Shown here: one piece after another, positions 60,678 to 64,000 of the stretch | Numbering within the stretch: position 1 is the first letter of the stretch | Layout of the letters: every line of letters begins with the position of its first letter | Source: an uncultured virus (IMG/VR IMGVR_UViG_3300037312_001617) | Taxonomy: Duplodnaviria; Heunggongvirae; Uroviricota; Caudoviricetes | Strand: one strand, 5' to 3' | IMG/VR virus record: IMGVR_UViG_3300037312_001617 | Span: 1 to 64,000 of that record | Length of the DNA stretch: 64,000 nt | Notes under the pieces: generated by a model | The model's input: only the letters and a program-made list of their open reading frames with translations | The model's database searches: none | Told to the model about the DNA's origin: nothing | Translations under genes and position numbers: made by a program

Positions 60678-62948
60678 ATGTCTCTCACACGGATCCGGAA
60701 TAAAACTCCTATTGCCAATGAGAGAACCAACGTCTATGAAATCGAAGAGTTTAATCACCACTTGCTACATGATATCCTTCAATCCAGATTCATTGCGGAA
60801 GGTGTTTACGGTTTTGAAAAGTATTCCATTGATAATTACAAAGAAGAATATATGTTTACCCCTTCCTTTGATAAAAGAGAAGGAGAATGTATCCAGAAGG
60901 AATGGAACTTTCAAAATGAGGATATAAAGGAAATCAGTGTTTATGAGTTAGTCTTAACCAAACCGTTATTTATGCCATTGGACACAAGCGCATTTCTAGA
61001 CCTGTTTAACCTAATGGATGTCGTACCGAAAGCTTCAGTCTTTACACAGGTATTGTTTTGCAAACGGCAAAAAGACTGGAAGGAAACAGCTATATCCCAA
61101 TACGAAAGCTTTTTGAAAGGTAATGATCGCCCTTTAGAAGGGAAGTTCAGTATAAAGTGGCAGGAAAAAGTTTTAGGAATGCTGACAAAACTTAATAATT
61201 TCACAATTCAACGGGACCGAATTGAGGAAATGGAGCAAAAAATTCTTCAAACCAATTATCGGTTTGAATGCAGATTCCTGGTATTTGAACAGAAATACGA
61301 AAAACAATTTATTTCTTTTTTAAAAAATGAACTTGTGAAATTACAACTTTTTAATGAATTTAAAATTACGAAGGCACGCAATAAAAGGAATCTTCTTAAG
61401 CATATTGAAAGCCGGCAATTTCAATTAGATTTAACGAATCAGATTCTCTCAGAAGGTGAAATGTTTAGTGTATTATGCGATAAGACATCAGCTGCTATGG
61501 TTGAAACAGTCGAACTAGAAATGCCAGTTAAAAGAACCGGAATATCCATTAGTATCGAAGAAGGCGCGGTTATCCAACAGGCTTCAAGCTTCATGCCTTT
61601 GACTACCAATACGACAGTTGAAATTGATGAATCTAAAATAACAGCTATTAATAATGTCTTTAAACGTGTTGGTATTGTAGATAAGGCCCTGGAGGTAACA
61701 GATATATATCAGGGGGCGAGTCTTTTAAAAGTGCAGATGGAAGTTCCACCTGAGATCACTTATACATCCATCACACGGAAGTTAAAGGATATACAAGGAG
61801 CAATGGGAAATAAGAATATTTCGATTGAAATTGGAGGTCCTGACACGATAGATGTATTTATTCCTTTAGAAGAAAGGCGACCAGTTTACTTCAACGACAT
61901 ATTAGAGTCAGAGGAGTTCAAACAATTTAAAGAAGAAAACCTATTGCCGTTTATATTGGGTGAAAATGTGAATGGCGGATATATATTCGCCTGCTTAACC
62001 AAATTAAGACATCTTTTGGTGTCAGGAACAACAGGAAGCGGAAAAAGTGTATTTCTCAACTTAATTATCCTTTGCTTTATTCTTAGCCTTCCTCCAGAAC
62101 AACTCATGATTTATCTTATAGATCCGAAGATGGTGGAATTTACACAGTTTAAAGGCTTTCCACAAGTCAAGAGTGTGATTACGGATATGCGAAAAGCCAA
62201 TGGTCTTTTGAATTCACTAGTAGAAGAAATGGAAAAACGATATGAGACCTTTTCTAAAACAGGCTGCAAAGACATTCAAACTTATAATCTGAAGAATGAA
62301 CAAAAAATACCTTATATTTTATTCGTAATCGACGAATTGTCTGATTTAATGATGGTAAATAAATCAGTTGAGGACGGTATTGTCCGTCTATGTCAAATGG
62401 CAAGGGGAGCAGGCATTCATTTAATCCTTGCTACTCAACGTCCATCGGTTGATGTTGTGACAGGTGTAATTAAGGCAAATATGCCATCACGCATAGCTTT
62501 TGCTGTAACCTCAGTTACAGATTCCAGAACAATCCTTGATAAGAGTGGAGCAGAAAAGTTATTAGGGCGTGGAGACGGCATTGCCAAGATTGAGGGAAGT
62601 AAGAATGAATTTGAACGATTCCAGTCACCTGTATTAACGCTGAATAAGGAAGAGGAGGAAGAAATCATTGATAAGCTTATTCATCTGTTTGATGGGGTTG
62701 TTGTTGAAGACGAAATTCAAGAAGCTAAAGAGGAAGAACCAATTGATCAATTAAAACGCTGTATCGCAAACACTGGAGAACTTCGAGTAAACGAATTAGC
62801 AAGATTAATGGAGCTAGGGAATAACAAAGTGCACGCACTAATGCAAAAATTATTAGAAGAGGAATGGCTGAAGAAGCCAGGGAGGAGTTACGAAATTAAT
62901 GTAGATGAAGAAGAATTAAATAAATGGAAGGATGAAAATTATGAGTAA
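60678..62948 (+). CDS. FtsK/SpoIIIE DNA translocase
   Basis: HLLVSGTTGSGKS, IDPKMVE, EMEKRY, VIDELSDL, ARGAGIHLILATQRP, GAEKLLGRGD; C-terminal wHTH. Confidence 0.92.
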   Translation: MSLTRIRNKTPIANERTNVYEIEEFNHHLLHDILQSRFIAEGVYGFEKYSIDNYKEEYMFTPSFDKREGECIQKEWNFQNEDIKEISVYELVLTKPLFMPLDTSAFLDLFNLMDVVPKASVFTQVLFCKRQKDWKETAISQYESFLKGNDRPLEGKFSIKWQEKVLGMLTKLNNFTIQRDRIEEMEQKILQTNYRFECRFLVFEQKYEKQFISFLKNELVKLQLFNEFKITKARNKRNLLKHIESRQFQLDLTNQILSEGEMFSVLCDKTSAAMVETVELEMPVKRTGISISIEEGAVIQQASSFMPLTTNTTVEIDESKITAINNVFKRVGIVDKALEVTDIYQGASLLKVQMEVPPEITYTSITRKLKDIQGAMGNKNISIEIGGPDTIDVFIPLEERRPVYFNDILESEEFKQFKEENLLPFILGENVNGGYIFACLTKLRHLLVSGTTGSGKSVFLNLIILCFILSLPPEQLMIYLIDPKMVEFTQFKGFPQVKSVITDMRKANGLLNSLVEEMEKRYETFSKTGCKDIQTYNLKNEQKIPYILFVIDELSDLMMVNKSVEDGIVRLCQMARGAGIHLILATQRPSVDVVTGVIKANMPSRIAFAVTSVTDSRTILDKSGAEKLLGRGDGIAKIEGSKNEFERFQSPVLTLNKEEEEEIIDKLIHLFDGVVVEDEIQEAKEEEPIDQLKRCIANTGELRVNELARLMELGNNKVHALMQKLLEEEWLKKPGRSYEINVDEEELNKWKDENYE

Positions 62949-63054
62949 TGATGCAAAGCCCTAGATTAATACTAGGGCTTTATTTTTTTAAGAAAAGTTC
63001 TGACTTTTCGTGCATAATACATATAGGGCTATTTTACTATCAAGAGGTGAGTGG

Positions 63055-63678
63055 ATGAGTCAAGGTGCGAACGCTCAAACGGTTTTTGATTATCTAAAAG
63101 AAAATTACCCTGATGATTGCATCCAGTGGGCAAAAACGGTTGATTGGAAATTAGATAACGAAGTTTCTCTAAAAGATATCCAAATGGCTCGGCGACCAGG
63201 TGGAGCTAGAGAAATGGATAAGGTGCGGGGTATTGCTCAAACAGTAAAAGACGGAAAGCCAATGGATCCTGTTGTTTTGGTAAGACTTCCAGACAGAACG
63301 ATTAAGATTGCAGATGGTTATCATCGTACATTGGGATTCCAACATGCGGGTAAGAAAACAATAAAGGCGTGGATCGCTACCGTGCCTGATATGAAAGGAG
63401 CCTGGGATAAAGAGATGCATGAGAAAAAACTAAACATCGGAAAGAAAGCCTATCAAGAATTTTTGGAGTTTGTTGGATTTGAGAAAGAAGCTATGGCGCA
63501 GATCCCGGAAGCATTGGGCGGCAATATTTTTAATCGCCTTGCTCAAATGGATGACGTAGCAAGCCTTGCTATTATCTCACGTAAAAAGCAGCAACAAGCA
63601 CAACAGGCGGACAATCATGAAAAGGAAGCATCTGAATTAATGGAAAGATTAGAGAAAACCACATTAACATCTTTGTAA
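63055..63678 (+). CDS. ParB/Srx-like N-terminal domain protein
   Basis: DPVVLV...IADGYHR; GAGGTGA RBS before ATG 63055. Confidence 0.7.
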   Translation: MSQGANAQTVFDYLKENYPDDCIQWAKTVDWKLDNEVSLKDIQMARRPGGAREMDKVRGIAQTVKDGKPMDPVVLVRLPDRTIKIADGYHRTLGFQHAGKKTIKAWIATVPDMKGAWDKEMHEKKLNIGKKAYQEFLEFVGFEKEAMAQIPEALGGNIFNRLAQMDDVASLAIISRKKQQQAQQADNHEKEASELMERLEKTTLTSL

Positions 63679-63803
63679 AGTGAGAGTGAATAACTCTCGC
63701 TTTTTTTATAGATAAATAGGACGTTTGGTTCATATGAAATTATGAAATTTCATGATTAAATAAATAGCATAAATACTAATTACATCTAGAGGGGATATCA
63801 ATA

Positions 63804-64000
63804 ATGGCTAAAAAGTATGCAGCAGAGTATCCAGCATTTAATGAAACATACAATATAGATGAAGTAGGAGATATGCTTAAGAACCAAAAGCATAATCTTG
63901 AAATGAACACCTATGCAACCATATCTGGGATCCGAGGAAAGCAATTCGGTAAAGAAATTTTTTCAACTGTGATTAAATTCAAAGATTTACGTGACTTCAT
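63804..64000 (+). CDS. Partial ORF, possibly DndB/DGQHR-like (truncated by window)
   Basis: ISGIRGKQFGKEIFST resembles the DndB N-terminal strand; GAGGGG RBS. Confidence 0.45.
   Translation, partial: MAKKYAAEYPAFNETYNIDEVGDMLKNQKHNLEMNTYATISGIRGKQFGKEIFSTVIKFKDLRDF

Larger units (their letters stand above)
1..64000. mobile_element. Segment of a large conjugative plasmid / phage-plasmid of a Bacillaceae host (boundaries outside window)
   Basis: T4SS operon, Rep with iterons, ParM, RTP, phage tail-like genes and dense phage-like small ORFs co-occur. Firmicutes-type GGAGG RBSs. No housekeeping genes. Confidence 0.8.

Overview
AT-rich Bacillaceae-type mobile DNA, most consistent with part of a large conjugative phage-plasmid or megaplasmid. 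No host housekeeping operons, rRNA, tRNA or CRISPR were seen. Layout: (1-7.9 kb) phage-like small ORFs with a dCMP deaminase and a YugO-like K+ channel. (8-20.5 kb, minus) Gram-positive T4SS operon: VirD4, replication-relaxation protein, TcpC/D/E, VirB4, VirB6 and a three-domain wall hydrolase. (21-22 kb) ParM-like actin. (22.4-47.6 kb) 25-kb island of tail-fibre/tailspike-like genes, including a purple-acid-phosphatase fibre next to a CotH-kinase/LRR giant, a Ser/Thr-rich protein with about 18 (I/V)DGGxF motifs, and four proteins sharing an Mtd_N-like module. (48.6-50.3 kb) replication initiator with internal iterons, a likely countertranscript, three DnaA boxes and paired Spo0A boxes. (50.5-56.6 kb) minus-strand genes behind a repeated leader cassette, an orphan N6-MTase, an orphan DegU homologue, and RTP with Ter-like sites. 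(57-63 kb) second module: M23, pilin-like, VirB6-like, FtsK. Best candidate for a new system (inference): a DGG-motif scaffold onto which Mtd_N-headed enzymes dock, under a TAGGACT-N2-AGTCCTA operator regulon. All family assignments come from reading motifs by eye; no database searches were run.
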